Notes under the pieces: model-generated
What the model was told of the DNA's origin: nothing
The model's database searches: none
What the model saw: only the letters and a program-made list of their open reading frames with translations
Shown here: positions 13,801 through 28,800 of the stretch, in pieces
Layout of the letters: each line of letters starts with the position of its first letter
How positions within the stretch are numbered: the stretch's first letter is position 1
Made by a program: the position numbers and the translations under genes
NCBI GenBank assembly: GCA_000934665.2
Contig: JYFJ02000112.1
Location: 62,001-126,000, forward strand
From: Catajapyx aquilonaris
Taxonomy: Eukaryota
Length of the DNA: 64,000 nt
Direction: 5' to 3'

Positions 13801-16800
13801 ATTTTGAATGAAATCTCTCGTTGGTAGGATTTAGAGACCATCCGGAGGATTGGCGGAATTTTTTTCCGGTCGACTTGCATCCATCCTCCTTGGAGGATTT
13901 GGGCCTGTCGGATGCGGCCAACTGCTGATGGAACCTCATTTGTGCCGCTCCTTTGCTTTTAAAATGCTCCGATCTTCGGATCGCACGGAAACCTGCTTCG
14001 AGTTGGAAATGAAGCTGGTTACGACAATGCCATATGTGCCCTGGGGGTATATCTGGCATCATCGTTCAAAGACTAGAGAAATCATCCCAGAATTGAACAA
14101 ATTATGTTCTGAAAAATTGCAGTACCTTAGGGAAAAACCACGAAGAATTTATTAGTGGCGGCGATACATTTTTCCTTCAGAAAGGAATTTTAGGTGGCAC
14201 CGAAGAAGAGCGTCCCTTCCTCCCCAGTCAAATTCCGAGGGATAATGTTCCCCAGGCTAGAATGTCCGAAGGGAAACCTTGGGGTCCTGGGGGTTAGCTG
14301 GATCCAGTTACCTTTTTTTCCCCGCTCCCCTTGCAAGACGGCAGACTCCAAGAGATAAAGTTCCGAGTAGAAGGGGGCCATGGAGAAAAAAATATATATC
14401 GCAGCATAACGCGATGAGCAGTTATTCACCATCTGTAGCAGACCCCACTAACATTACTCTGGCCGCATAAGGATTCAAAGTGATGGATTTCTAAAACAGA
14501 CACCAGGGGTCTGGAGATGAGTCTTTTACGATGTTGAGTTTAGGCTCCGGCTACATGGTGAGTGCGAGAATCCGGTGGAAAGTGATGGATGAGGCATATT
14601 TTGTTGCCTACTTTTGATCTTGGCGAGCACTTCTGAAGAATAGAATGGACATATCCGACGGGTGGGGAAGTGGATGGGGAGGGTCCATTTTGTGGGATGC
14701 TGCAAAGTGCTGGCTGCCAAGATATATGGCCACAAAACCGACTAGTAATTCCAGGCATATAGTGTCAGGCAGACAGACAAAACCGCGCTTATCTTTAGTT
14801 CAAACCCAAAAGTGTTGGAGACCCCGGAAGAGAGGCTGGATGGAAGCTGATGGAGAACAAAGCATTGTTGGCTACAGAATGGTTTTCCCCTGGACGTGAG
14901 GAGCTAATGCGAGTCCATCAAAAGCCTAGCCTGAGAAGCAGGAGTAGTAATTATGGCGGGGGTGAATGACGGGCTTGACGAGTTTTGATGAGATCGTGTG
15001 AAATGCAAGATAGGAAGAGTTCAGGGGGCTGGAATGGAAAGGGTCCCAAACTCTTGCTTTTCAAGGGTTGGATGGGGGCGGTGCCACAACTTGGCCCGAA
15101 TTGATGGAAGGTTAGGCCCACCCTGTGCACTCAACCCCCAAAAGCATCACAGAACGGAGACGAAACTTCCGGTTTTGCCAAGATGGAAATTATGGAAGTA
15201 ACTTGTGGCGCACTCATATGATCCAAAAGTTGGAAATATTTTTGATTTTCGCATATTTTTTTGAGAGCCGCCAAAACCACATTGTGCTTCTGTTGCCAAG
15301 GCGGAAGAGTGCTTGTAACTAACTTTGCCCCCCGCAAAACCCGCAGTAAACAGGAAGGCACCAGGTAATGGGTTCACTAGCGCATCAGCTCTGAGGTCGC
15401 CTTTTAGCCAAAAAAGCTTTTGAGGGAGGGAATGGAATAAAAACATGGCCGTCTGTCCTTATATGCCAGAAGCCGGTTGGACTGGTTGCAAGTCGGACAA
15501 CTTCACGGTCGCTGCAGCTTGAGCCCCTGACAGCTGCGTGGTTTGTCTACCATTGCCCATTGTCAATCCGGAGGGGGACTCAGGGTTGGAAACACCTGAA
15601 CTCGGCTATTTCCCAAGCTTGGTGTTGAAGTGTGTCAATGGAGCAACGACAGTGACCTTCTTGGGCAGTGAGTGGTGAGGTGCTAAGAGACGACCGACTC
15701 TCAGGCGCTGTTTGTGCTCTCTAAACTCAAGACGACCGATGAACGAAGACTGAAAAAAATTAATTGGCTTCACGCCCTGCCAGCACGTGTTTGTGCACCA
15801 GGGGAGGTTTGTCAGATGGTGAGTACGCAAATAGCGCTCGACCGATAAGCAGTTCGGGGCGGGAACAGCTACCGTCGCGGGGGAGGGACTGAAAAAAAAA
15901 GACGAAGAAAAAAAAAACAGAAGGAAAGGCAGATAAGTGTGGTTCTTGTGAAAGGAGATTCAGAAGTGGAGGAACCGTTAAGTGGAAAGGTTTGGTGCGT
16001 CATGACGTTTCGGTTGTGGTAGGCCATGAGGGATCTTGAGGACCTGCCTAGGACACCCATGAGGAGATTGGGCTCACTCAGGAAGAAGGTGTTCTACAAT
16101 CGTAAGTGAATCAGCAATTTCGGGTATTACATGATTAATTTTGTCCCATACTGTACAGTACTTGTTGCTACATCGGGCAATTAATATGGAATGTTTGGCT
16201 GGACTTAAAATTTCAGGCCATAAATTACCCCTACACAAATGGAGGTTGATCACTTTTAATTCGGTTCGCTAATGAACTAGGTTTCCGCTAAGCCCTGTTT
16301 CAGAGCAATAAATGTCTAGGTTCAATGCAAACTCCCTGAGAGACGGATAAGTCATAAAAGAGAGGAGAGAAGGGAAAAGGAATTGAAGCCATTAGGAGCT
16401 AATCCTAATGAAGGTAGTTCATCGGTACGCAGGCTTGAATTATTACCCGCGGGAGTAATTGCAGAAGTTGGGTTGTTTTTAATTAGACGTGATGGGTTAA
16501 TCCGAGTGGCATTAGTAATTTATCAGAGTAACCAATTACGCGTTTGTTAGTTGTGACTCACACGAATTTGCGTTGAAACTGCGCAGTCCAGCCAAGGATA
16601 TTTCATTTGTCGTTTTATCGCATCCGCCCCCCAAAAAAAGGCTCATTTCATTGTCGGCAATGTTTACATCGAGTAAAATGCCTGGGTTTGAACCGAATAT
16701 TGTTCAGTTGTAGTGCGGATATCATGGAGACATTACGAAGGAAACGCTCTGCTTCTATAGCCACATGTGTTTTGTACAAGAAATGTACCGGTAAGTAATA

Positions 16801-19800
16801 TGACAAATGGCTGGTGTCATCGTGGTAATTACGTTAGTTAGAAATTATTTTTCTTGGTCCCCCCCATCTTCCGGCTTGGTTATAAATAAGTCATACGGTT
16901 CGTAAATAATCCGGTGACACTCCAGCTGAGGCTTTTCTAAAAATGAAGGCGACGGGGGAGAAAATGAACATGTGAGTGACACAATCAGACTCTGGAAGTT
17001 CTTCCCTTTTGGAATAGTAAAAAAAAATAAGAGTCCTCGTCCGATTTGGGACGGATGTTATGTGTGAAAATGGGCTCGCATGCAGAAACCCACGCTCATA
17101 CATATATTAGAATCGGAGGGGAACACACCCTCGGTCGCTGTGCATCTGTCTGCAGCGTTGCCATTTAAAAAAAAAAGTCTGTACTAACAAAAACCCGGTT
17201 TCTGGACCTACCGGTTGCACCTCAATAATTTGGCACGTTTTACCCTCCAAAAAAAATAAAAGCGGAATTGCTTCACTTGGGCAATGCGTATTTGCATTCC
17301 GGACCATCCCATGCGATATACTGCAGCTCGTTCCCGGATACTAAATCACTTGCACTTCACATGAAAACGGGCGCAATTATTACCCTTGGCTGCTACCCAA
17401 ATAATTACGGTCCGCCTGATAATTAACAGATGGTCTACTAGAGAGGGCTTCCCAGAAAAACCGTATATTTTTTGAACACTGATCGGCAAGTGTCCTTGTC
17501 TGACCTTGAATTTTACCGGAGACAGCGTGGGCCTCGTGATTTAACCGGATGACCTCGTAAAGGACACTGCTCCTGCAAATTGTCCGGGGCGCGACAATGT
17601 GTCTCATTGTCTTGGGGATGACATCTGGACTCGAGCCAAGTTTGCACCGGGCGCGATAATTTCCGGGTCGAATTAATCATATCCAGTTATTGCGACACGT
17701 GCGTGAAATACAGGGTGGTACATTAGTACGACCAATTTTTTTTTTCGAGGCACCCTGTGAAGTTTAACAGATGGAGTGCACTTTTTCCGGGGTCTCCCCC
17801 TACTGTGTGTGCTATCCGGATACATGCATGGGGGGTGAATTAGACGCTAACTCCATTATCATCATGGCAGAGGGGGGGTTGAGTGTACTCTCGGTTATGA
17901 GTCTTTGTCCTCGACCCCTAGGAGAAAGAAGCTGGACCCTGATGGTGTCCATTTACTGTCCACTTGACAGGGCCAATCTGCCCGGTTGGAGCTTTTGTCT
18001 CCGTAATGATGTTCGAGACTTCCCCCTCTCCGGAATCCATTTCCGGAGTGAATAAGAGCGTATTTTTTTATATTTTCCGAAATCAGCGTTTTATCTAGAG
18101 GATTTGAGCGTCCGGGCTATTGCATCATGGGGGATCCGGTTCGAATGAGATAATTTCTAAGCCTGGAGTTTTTTAAAATCCAATTTGCACTGCTCTTGAT
18201 TGTGTTTGAACATTATCAATATGGTACGGCCCTGGACTTTGTTAGGCTCAACATGAATAATGCATCCGGACCAGGGAGGGTTGTTTGTCCGGAACTGTCA
18301 CAGCCAGGGACAGGCTACAGCGACCCAAAATGCCAAAACATCAGGCGAACATTGTTGCGAGAGTGTTCATCCGGATCTTTAATAAAATACGAGCCAAAAT
18401 GTTCCCTCCGTGTATATTTTTAAAACTTTTTTTCCCCCATCATTCCCTTGATGAATCGGCCGGAAGTACAGCTATCGGAGCCTATATATTTTTTCCCCCC
18501 ACCCAAATTTTCCCCAGCTTGTGAACACCCCCCTCTTAAGACCCCGGCTCGTATCATTTAATGACCCTCCTCGTCATATTCTATTCACCAATCGCAAAAC
18601 AAGCATCCGGCTAGCAAATTGCATCAGAAGGGGGATGCTTCGGAAGGGATAACAGACCATCAAATGATGTTTATTAGACCCACCTTTATCTGAAGGGATG
18701 TAGAGATCGATCCGGTTCTTGGAAATATCTTCTACACAGGGCGTGTCTTTTTTCTTCTTCTTCATATTTTTTGGCGGCCGTGTCCTTCTTCATGGTTGCC
18801 CCTTTCAGAGCTTTCATTCATCAGTTCTCCCCACCATGCCACAAAGTCAAGGGGAGCAAGTGTTTATTATCACTGCTCATTGACTTTGGTCCTCGGTCAG
18901 CCCCTGGGTGTCGAAATCTGAAGGCGGGATGGTGACCCTGGCTGACCCTGGATGTCCTTCTGGAAGAGGGGTTGTGGAAGGGAGGCTGCGACAAGTGGGG
19001 ACAAAGGAGCGGCATTCATTCCAGCCACCGGAAGTGCGGCCATGTTGAAAGGGAAGGGCATATGCAGATAGCAGATGCACCGAACAACATGATTGCTATG
19101 TGTCATGGTCTCAACCAAAATAATTATTGCATATTGAACAATCGTCCAATTACTTTGTGGCCTTCGAAACTAAGTCTCTGAATGTGAAATTTAAGCGCAT
19201 ATGTAGGTTAGGCTTTGTAGGTGCTTACTGTAACTGTTATGCAAACAATGGTAGGTACAGTATAAGAAAAACCGCTGTTTTTTTCTCATGTATTCATTTA
19301 GGACAAAATAGGAACGGATGTGGAGACTATTAGAGCGTGCAGCTGTGAGCCAGATTATTATTGTGTATACCGCAAGGACGTGGCATGCACGGTGTGATTT
19401 TAGCTCGCTTCTGGAATATACAGCAAAAAAAAAAAAAGTTATCGCATGGAATAAAACGCTCGGCTGAATGTGACAACGACAAGAATCGGTTGGGGGACAC
19501 ACACGACGTGACCACACTATAAAACGGCAACGTTGCAAACTGATTCCGCAAACGACCCCAAGTCGATTAATTCGCCAAATAATACCAGTTGAGGTTTACG
19601 CCCCGGAGACGTAATTTGGACAATGCCGGAGTGAAAGGGTCGCAGCCCATCAGAACCCCCCCCTATTTCCACCCCACCCCTCCCAGCTCGACTATTAAAA
19701 CCGTATCCATAATCATTAACATGTTTGGAAGGGATGAAGGTGGTCACGTACACTTGCCCACAATCTCTGGCTTGGGATAAACTCTGCTTTAGATGGACCC

Positions 19801-22800
19801 CTGGGATGGGTGGGGTCTACTATGAGGTCACCACTAAAGAGGAAGAAGTGAGCCAGAATGGTTTATTTGACCAAAAATTAAGGCGGCATGCATAATATAG
19901 TCACGATTCCATCTACAGAAAGAACTTCAGTTCTTTTCTGACTGAAGTTTTTTTTTTTACCACGAACACTCTTTCAGCCTGTTGGCTTCTCAGGTTCTTT
20001 CCCCATGCCCACCATCTTCCCTTTTTTCTTTTGCGGTTACACATGGCACGCATTCAGCAAGTTCGACTGACGAGGATGGGTTTTCTGGGAATGCCCCAGC
20101 GGACTCCAAAAGAGGCCTTGTGCTGATTAGAAGCCACAGGCGCACTGAAAGAAAAAGAAGGCACCAGAAGAAGAAGAAGAAGGAAGCAGCCCCCAAAAAA
20201 ATGGCAAAGTCTGGAGTAATCTGTGAAATGGATTTTCTCGAAAGGAGATGCAGACGAGGGATCGACCGCAAGATTTTTTCCCCCGATACTAATGTGTGCG
20301 ATGAATTGAGATCCGGTATCGGGAGAGCGCATGCTGATGCGTATAACGTGTAGTCAAAAATGGCTGCGGAACGAGCAATTATCGATTCATGCATTGTGTT
20401 CCTATTGATGTGGATGTTTCGTGAGTAGAGACAATGCGGGGGTGTTTGCTGGAAAAACCCCCCAAATTTTCACGAGAATTTTGCACTATCTAAATAGCGA
20501 GCTGTATATAAGTACAGTACCGGATCGATCACCATGGTGTCATCAATTACAATATAGCCTGATTTAATTAGCCGCGCATCCCTACGGCTATTAACCAGCA
20601 AATCATTGGATTAGATATATTGACAGGGGGATATTGGATAAAAAATTGGCGGGTTGGGCAGCGGGTGGTCAGTTCATATTCCGGGTGGAAAAATCCTCAG
20701 GGGGATGCGCCCCCTGGAGGAATGCAAATGACCAGCGTGTGTGTGCCAGTGGTGTCCCCAGTGGGACCCACTCTTCTCGGCTAAAACACAAATGTAATTA
20801 CAATTCTTGCAGATCAGGTCGTTGAACCTTTAAAGAATCGATCCCATTTTTTTTTGGAGCATATCGCGCCTTTAAAGCCTAAAAATGATGACATCAAAGA
20901 GATTTATCAACTGGGTTGCTGAAATATGACGTTGAAAGATTGCAGAATTTTGCACAGTATGCGGTATATATCGTAAGTCTGATCCCAAGGGGGATTTCCC
21001 GTCGAGACGATTCAATTGGTGGAGATTGGCTTTGATACAGAGTGGAACGCCCGCTGAAGCCCTGAACCTCACTGGGATATAATGGAACTTTTAATCCATT
21101 TACGGTTGTGTTTGCTGTTTTTTTGTGTGTGTGTGTGTCGACAGAAGACCAAGAAATAGCGTGCTTTTTTTGGTTAGTTCTGTACGTGCACAATTTGGAG
21201 TAATGAAACATTTTTGTGGACTACTTCCGCATACGTGAGTCGCAGTGTCACGAGTTGCATTAACGATGTTTTTCATTCATCACTAGCCGCAAAAATGTTT
21301 CGTTTTTTGGGCAGCTAAAAAAAACGCATTAGTGGGTTTTCGTGGATGGGCAACATGGCATTAAAACGTGTATTTGCGTGCTTACATGAAGTGACATTTG
21401 CATGCAAAATTTTCTGGGCCAAAATGCCAATAGCAGGGCGGATCAAATATGAAAAGTGCATTATGCATATTATAAATTAACACATCATTTTGGAATGACT
21501 CATTCTCTCCACCCTCGGAACTCTAATCTTCCATGACAGAAACGGTTCTGCGGACAGTTACGACTGGTTAATTAATAAAAGACCTGTCTCAGTGCATTGT
21601 AATGGAGTGAGGCTTGGAAATTCCCATCCCCAGAAGCTACATTAGCATATCGATTGTTTGCAGCACCAGAAGTGCGTGCAACTTGGAACTTCTCTCGAAA
21701 TTTAGGTTTTGGGGGTCCAATTGCAGCCTAATTGTCGGCCAAAAATCGGTATCTACTCCGCCCATACATTTCCTTTGTTTGCGACAAAAGAATGGCGGGA
21801 AGTGTCTGGGAAAACTGGCCAATCAGGCTTCTCTTATTCAAGAAAAAGGCTTATTATAGGTCTTTAGGTTTCGCCTTAAGAAAAGAAAACCGGTTGCTGT
21901 ACATGTCAAGTAAAAATCTAATCATGCGAATGTACGAAAAAGCAGGTTTTTCTCGTTAGTATCGTCTTGTAGATTACAATATTGGATCTCAAAGGAAGGG
22001 GAATTTTGCATTAGGAAAAGTTTGTAGTTTGACGCCAAATTGAGGGGGGAGAGTCGATGCATAAAATAATGAGCAGGAGGAAGGCAAAGGTAAAAACTTC
22101 TGTTGGGGGGGAGAGAAGATAACGACATTAATAAGTTTTGCAGTGCGTGCAACGTTCGATATGAGCACCACGTGTGGCACAGAGCCTCGTTGGCGAATTT
22201 TACGGGTGAAAGTTGCGGAATCAGTGTCCCAGATAACATTTCCCCCGTGCCTGAGGGCTAATTACTCACAAGAGCCGGTGAAAGTTTACACCCGTAACTT
22301 TTTTTTTCTTCAACATTTGACAAGTCCACACGTTCCTTGCTTGGAGGCGCTTGAGAGCCTGCTTAGTACTTGCCAAAAAATCAAGTTCATGGTGTGTGAA
22401 GCTGCCGGGTCGTGTAATAAACGAGACATTGCGTGGACCACGTATCGATCAACGCCAAAAAAGAATCCCCCTCCACGTCCATTTTCAGAATTCTGGGGGA
22501 CAACGTTGCTGTCAATCGTAGTGCGTGCGCCACGTTCCAGGCGATTTATGGCCATCTCGTGAACTCTAACGTAAAATGGGTGTGTTGTAAAGGTCATACG
22601 TAGTATCCATTATTATAAACAATGCTTGGTTTTCGTCAGTTTTCGTGGTGCATTGTGGCAGGGTCCAGGGTCGTACTGTATTGGTCTCTGCCCTCCCTGT
22701 ATATAAATACTGCATTATGGCTTCGTATATTTTAGTCTGCTTTACAACCAGTTTTTACTGCTTGTTTTCGCCTATTTTTGCACCTCCATGCTGTTTATTA

Positions 22801-25800
22801 TACCTCGAGATTTACCCGGTTATTGAGCCTCTGAGGCAACTAAGGCCATACCAATTCCTCGACATATGTCCCACCACTCTGTTTATGCCGTCTCCGAGGT
22901 CGCTCATTGTTAGCACCTGTGCGACACACGCACTTCCGCGTGATGGGGGCAATGGGAGGTTCCGCACACGGGCCACACGCACAAGAAGCCCTGCGTGCGA
23001 CGTTGCCGTGGTAACACGGTTTGGAGAGGGGTTGGTCCAAAAGAGAAAAGCATCGGTGCAGCTCCTGTGGCGGCGGCATACAACTGCGCAGCTCACCCCT
23101 CGAAAGGCAGGCTAGGGGGAGAAGAGAGACATCGGTGGGCAGTGGAAGAGAGCGCAAGCCTGGGGTCCGGACGGTCCAAAAACCGGGTAACCCCCCACCA
23201 CTACCACCACACACACCACTCTTCCTTCCAAACCCCCTCCGAAAAAACCTTTCTGGAAAACACAGCTGCCCCTTCTTCCTCCTCCCCACTTTCGTCCATT
23301 CTCTGGTGGCGGGTCTTCCCTTGTGCAGCTTGGCCTCCGTCAAGGCTAGGTAGTGATGGTGAGGTGATGTGAGACTGTACCGGCTCGGGGGAACAAAAAA
23401 CCATGTTCCAGTGTATTATCCAACAACGAAACGGCTGGATTCACAACAATCCGGACCTCAAAGAAGTCTTCCCAGGTACGGTTTTATCTTCTGGCCGTCT
23501 TATCGGGTGTGTACAGTACGCCGCAAGTAGCTGTCATTCATTGTGAAGGGTCAGTATGCAATGTAATAATTGCACAGAATTCTGTCAAGGACACTAAGGT
23601 CAGGCCATATCCCGTGCGGTTTAATCCTCAACTTGCAGAAAGTACTGGCACCGTTTAATACGGTTGATACTGTAACACCTCATTAGGGGCTAATTTTGGC
23701 ATACCGTTATGTACACAATGTGTCGGTCGTTGATCTTAACCTTGCAGACAATGCGTCTTATTTTTCCTCCGCCGTTGATATAATAGTCGCGTTTCAATAT
23801 TGCGATTAAAATAGTGTGCACTGCAATTGAAAGTTGATTGCGGCATGGATGTGCGTTGGTCCACATCATTTCAGAGATGAGTGCGGAGAATCACAAAAAA
23901 ATGTGCCCTTGAAAGGCGCCTTCCAGCCGCAGTCCATGTGTGTAACAATGTTGGCGGGAAAGGCAGGAAGCCGGGAATTTTTTTTTTGCCCATAATTATA
24001 CTCGGCTCATAATAAACCTAACTAGTTCGAGCAATTTTTTTTTGCCGTTGTACTGTGTGCGGGGGAAGCTCAGTTTTGTCGAAATCATGCCAACTGCGAA
24101 TATATGGAATCGATCTTGAAACGCCACCAAAAACTTGGGAGCTACGACGTCACACTTTGGCCCGCCTGCAAAACGTTGCGGATGACGTGGGTCGCACCGA
24201 TTGGTCCGGACCATCCAACCAATCATTACGTGTCACACTCTTTTAACCAATCAAATGTGCGTCACAAAAAACCACCGGATCTGTGTGTCTTTTAACCAAT
24301 CAGACCCGTACGATGCAAAAACACCGGTTCTATTTATTTTAAAAAAAAAATCTTAGTCAGAAGTCTGAAACCAACAGGTGCACAATGCATTTTGAATGAG
24401 GCAGTGAGATGATGGCTTGGGTTTTTCCCTGATCTTTTTTGGACAACCGGTCCTATTTCCAACCTTGGGCGTCGGTAGCGTCAGCAGCGACAGAGGCTGG
24501 GGAAATCGATAGAAAGACCGGGAGAGAGAGGGAATGAGAGAGAACTATGGAAAGAGGATTGGTGGGTGGGTAGGTGCAACCCTCCCACATTTGGCCAGAA
24601 AACGATCAAAAAAGAAGAGGAGGAGGCCCATCACATTTGACTCTCCGATCGTTACCATCCCTTCTGGCCACCAATCTGTTTTTGAATGAACCTATTGTTG
24701 TCCCATGGCCGCCTGAAGCGATTTGTAGAAATTACTCGCCTGGTGTCGTTTCGGACACTGCCTAGAATTTTTTTTGGAGATCCAGAATTTTTTTGGGATC
24801 CAGATGGGGGTTGGAAAGAAAACCTTTTGATAGCCATCCTTAGGGGGAAAAAGGGGGGGAAAAAATGTAGAAAAGGGGAAAGGGAAAAAAAAGCTGGTTC
24901 TTGTACTCTGAGGCTTATCCTGAGATTTATCTAAGTTTGGGCTGTGGGAAAAGTGGGGGGCTGGAAATAATCAAAATATTGAGTGAATACTAGAATTTAA
25001 GGAATGTTAACAGCAGCCTAATTATCATTAGTGTAACGGCTTCATTTTTTTTCCAGTAATGTCCTTGGTGGACAGTGCAATCTGATGATACTGAAAATAG
25101 CGGTTCTTATCATGGAGATAACCCTTGTGAAGTGTCAGGCGCCATGTTGGTGTGGGTGATCATTCACCTCTTCTTTTAATTGCCAACTTCCGTTCATTAA
25201 GCATGCAGTGGGATGCTGCGAAATGGAATTTTCACCTCGAATTACAGGGGAATCTTGCATCACGTCCGATACCGGACCTTGGGCGTGATTTTGCCAAAAA
25301 CGACCTATGGTTAGTAGCATCCTCTTCTGTTACGCCGAGGTAGTCGAGCATAGAAAGTTTTTTAACTTTTGAAGTAAAAAAGTTTGCTAGCTGGTTTTTG
25401 TCTTCAGCACACGTTTGCGCTTCACCAAGTCTTCTTTAGAAGGGGGCTATGCAAAAGAAAGAAAAAATTTTTTGCGGATGTGATGGGAGAGGATGCGAAG
25501 AAATTCGGGAAATCGTGCTTGGACTACCCAAACTTTTCCATTAGTGAATAGCACAAGTCGCGTCACTTTTTGCAGATTTTGCAGTAAATTTCCGGCCCTT
25601 AATTTTTTTAAATGGCCATACGGATAGTTTACATTTGCACTATGGGGTCAGCGACCTTTCGCAATGAAAGTGGTCTGACATCATCAACCCCATTTCAAAT
25701 TTTTTATAGCCAACGCGAGTAATGTCAAATTGAATCAGTCGAGTTGGTACCACATTGATCGAAAAGTTGTGGGATTGGAAAACGTGAGTTGGAAAAATGT

Positions 25801-28800
25801 ATGTCTTTTAGCTCCAAAAGATGGACAGGAAATTTAGGGAGAGGAAAGATGTAGGAGGGGTCATCCCCTCCCCTCTTGTTGTAGTACTTGCGGGTTGCCC
25901 ACCAACCCAAACTTAATTGGTTTTCGGTCGGATGATTGCCATGATTGATCGAGTGAGACACGTGACCAGGGTTGTGAATCAGAGGTTGTGGCCACAAGGG
26001 AGCTCTTGACACTATACACATATATACACTCCTATATGTATGCACCACGTGCTTTTCATATTTGCTCTAAAATCAATTCACAGGAAAAAGGATTGCAAGG
26101 TGCACCATTATTAAAGAGGGGCAGGTGATTGGGATAATTGATCTAGCAGGTGGGAGGCAAAACAGGTGGGAGTAAAGTAGCTTGACCAGATCTAACACCT
26201 CGATATTGCAGCTAATTTTTTGCCGTACTATTGTCCTATCCGTGGCCTGCCCCCTTTTTAGCTATATTATAGGGATAGGATGTGGAATGCTAATTGCTTT
26301 AGAGGCAGGATCAAGCATAATATCCGGCATCGTACGTATAATAAATCTCTCATGGGATGAATAATTCGTTGTTCATGGTAGGTTCCGGTGGAATGTTTCC
26401 CCCTCACATTACTATTTTGCTATCCGTGTCTAGCATCTTCTAAAAGGTGAGTCTGCCCAGCAGCTTTTTGTTCCCAATGGTAATGCACGGTTCATGGGTT
26501 AATTTCGCCCCAAAATTATTTGTGCAAATGCCATCACCGTTGATGGGTAGGGGGCATTAATGAGCATGCGATGCGTTTGTCACGCATGCGGAGAAGTGCG
26601 TGAAGGCACCGGACACACAATCACACAACATGAATAATTCTAGAGTCAATTCTGCGTGCGTGCTGTATATACATTCTGGGGCTCTATTTTTTATGGTAAA
26701 GTCGCGACACTGCGGGAATTAAATTCGTGGCTTTTTCATGGGTGGGCTAAAACTTGTTTTTTTTTCGAAACGAAATATGAATTGTATGGATGGTGCTGGG
26801 GGATTGTGCGATATGGGTTGTTTCATGATAGAGAAGAGGCCTCCGGGGGACAGGAAACTCCAGGGCTTTTTGCACTAATGAGGCCACTATTGAAGCAGGC
26901 ACGTGACCCCCTAGCAGAGCCTTTTGCATCTCTGATTGATTGTGGACTCTGCCAGCGAAACTCATGGGGGAGGGAAAGCCAGATAATTTAGTTCCGAATC
27001 ATTTCGAATCAGAACTTTGAAATTTAATGTCGTTATCTGCGAGCCGGTTGCGGATTAGATTACAGGCTGGCATACTTTCGGAAATGCCAAAAGTTCAACG
27101 GTCACTCAAGTTACGTCGTATAAATAGGCATTATTTCAGACTACTACATAATAATTTCTGCAATATTCTGTACAGTTTTTGCCTCAACAAGTTTCTACCT
27201 ATAGATGTACAATAATTCTGCACTGTTATTTTTGCCATAACTCTTGCCGGTTATAGATGTAAGTGTTGGCACAAGTTCGAGGCCTGTCACGTCCGGCACA
27301 AAGCCATTGAAAGTGTGAAGCCTCATACTCTATACTGAAGCAGATGGGAACCACACACACACTATGCAGCATTTGAAGTGCTTTTAGGGGACGCCCGGAC
27401 TGGCATTTGGTCATCGCTGCGAGGACAAAAGAGGGGACCAGGCACCATTTTAGGTCGGAAATGCTAAAGTTTTCATTTCCCGAGGTCGTTGATCTTGCCC
27501 AGATTGGCAGCTGGCTGCGCGTGACATGGGGCGGACTTATCACCCTTTGCAGATGCAGGTATTTGGCCGCGTGTCCAATTTGTTATGACCAGGTGGGGGT
27601 ACGAGCCAGGAGACGGGCTGACGTTGTAATTGAACTTGACAACTTGACACTCGGTATTGACAAGTGATATCAGCACGGATGGCCTGTTTTGTTGTTGACC
27701 CATAGCGCCGTTAGAATAATTGCGTAAACATTGCATTACCCCGGCGATGTAACTGACATTAATTGGTTCACTTGCAATAATAACTCGCGACCCCCGACAA
27801 ATTTTTGTCCCGTTCAGTGACACGTACGGGTAATAAATAATTCAGCTGATTAACCCGGTCATTATCTCCCCTCCCAGCTAGAGACGTATGATCTGACCTG
27901 TAAGAGCATCATTAATCCATCCAACCCTCCCCAGGTTAATCGGATTACAACTAAGTAATGTTCCCCTATCCAACCCTTCAATTCTGAGCATTCTTAAGAG
28001 CAGATGTTGGACCAAAGGATGACCCTGTAGTGGACACGTGACCATATTGAGGGGGGGGAGGAGGATGGTAGTGCGAAAAAGAATAGAAATGGTCACGTGG
28101 GAACCTTTTCGTACCCCCCCTTAATTATGCTAATTCAGGTCTGTTCCCCCCCTCAAATAATTAATTCCGTAGGCTCGTGGCCATTGGTCCCAAGTCTCTT
28201 TTGTATTCCGGAGACGGGTTTCTGTAGAGTGCTAGAGCAGTGCTTTGGATCCCGGATCCGGCCACCCCTCCTTTGGAGGAAATTGTGGAAACCGGATTTG
28301 TGCGGATGAGAAGACCGAAGAGGGTTCATGTCGACTGGGGCTCACACTCTAAGCACACGATACATTACTTGCGCTGTACGCCTCGCTCCTATTATCCTGG
28401 AAGTTAGCTAACCCTCGCGTCGCGTTGGTGTTGCGCGAAAGGCTAACTTACAGGCGATTTCCGAGTTTATCTAACCGGATATATACGTGTCATGCACCCG
28501 TAGTTATCCAGCGACATAATGTACAAAAAGGGGCGCACCTGGCTCCACTTGGCCAAAATGATGATGAGCGCAGTTGTGAACCGCACGCTGCCATGAACAA
28601 TTTTGTCCCCCCTTTTTTTTGTAGAGTGTGGATATGCACTGCACTCAAAAGTTGGTGAAAAAGTACTCTCGAAGGCTGACTAGAGCGCATAAGCCCCCAT
28701 CGGGTTTTTTGATAGCATGCAGCATAAGCCTTGGGATCGAATCTTCTCGTGTCAACAGGCATCCTTCGTTATTTTCCCACAAGCACAGTTCAGGCGTGAA

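Noticed and set aside
21203..21234. ATG-to-donor segment here, with similar ones at ~32178 and ~36440
   Set aside because: Phase 2, incompatible with the phase-1 acceptor at 40464.
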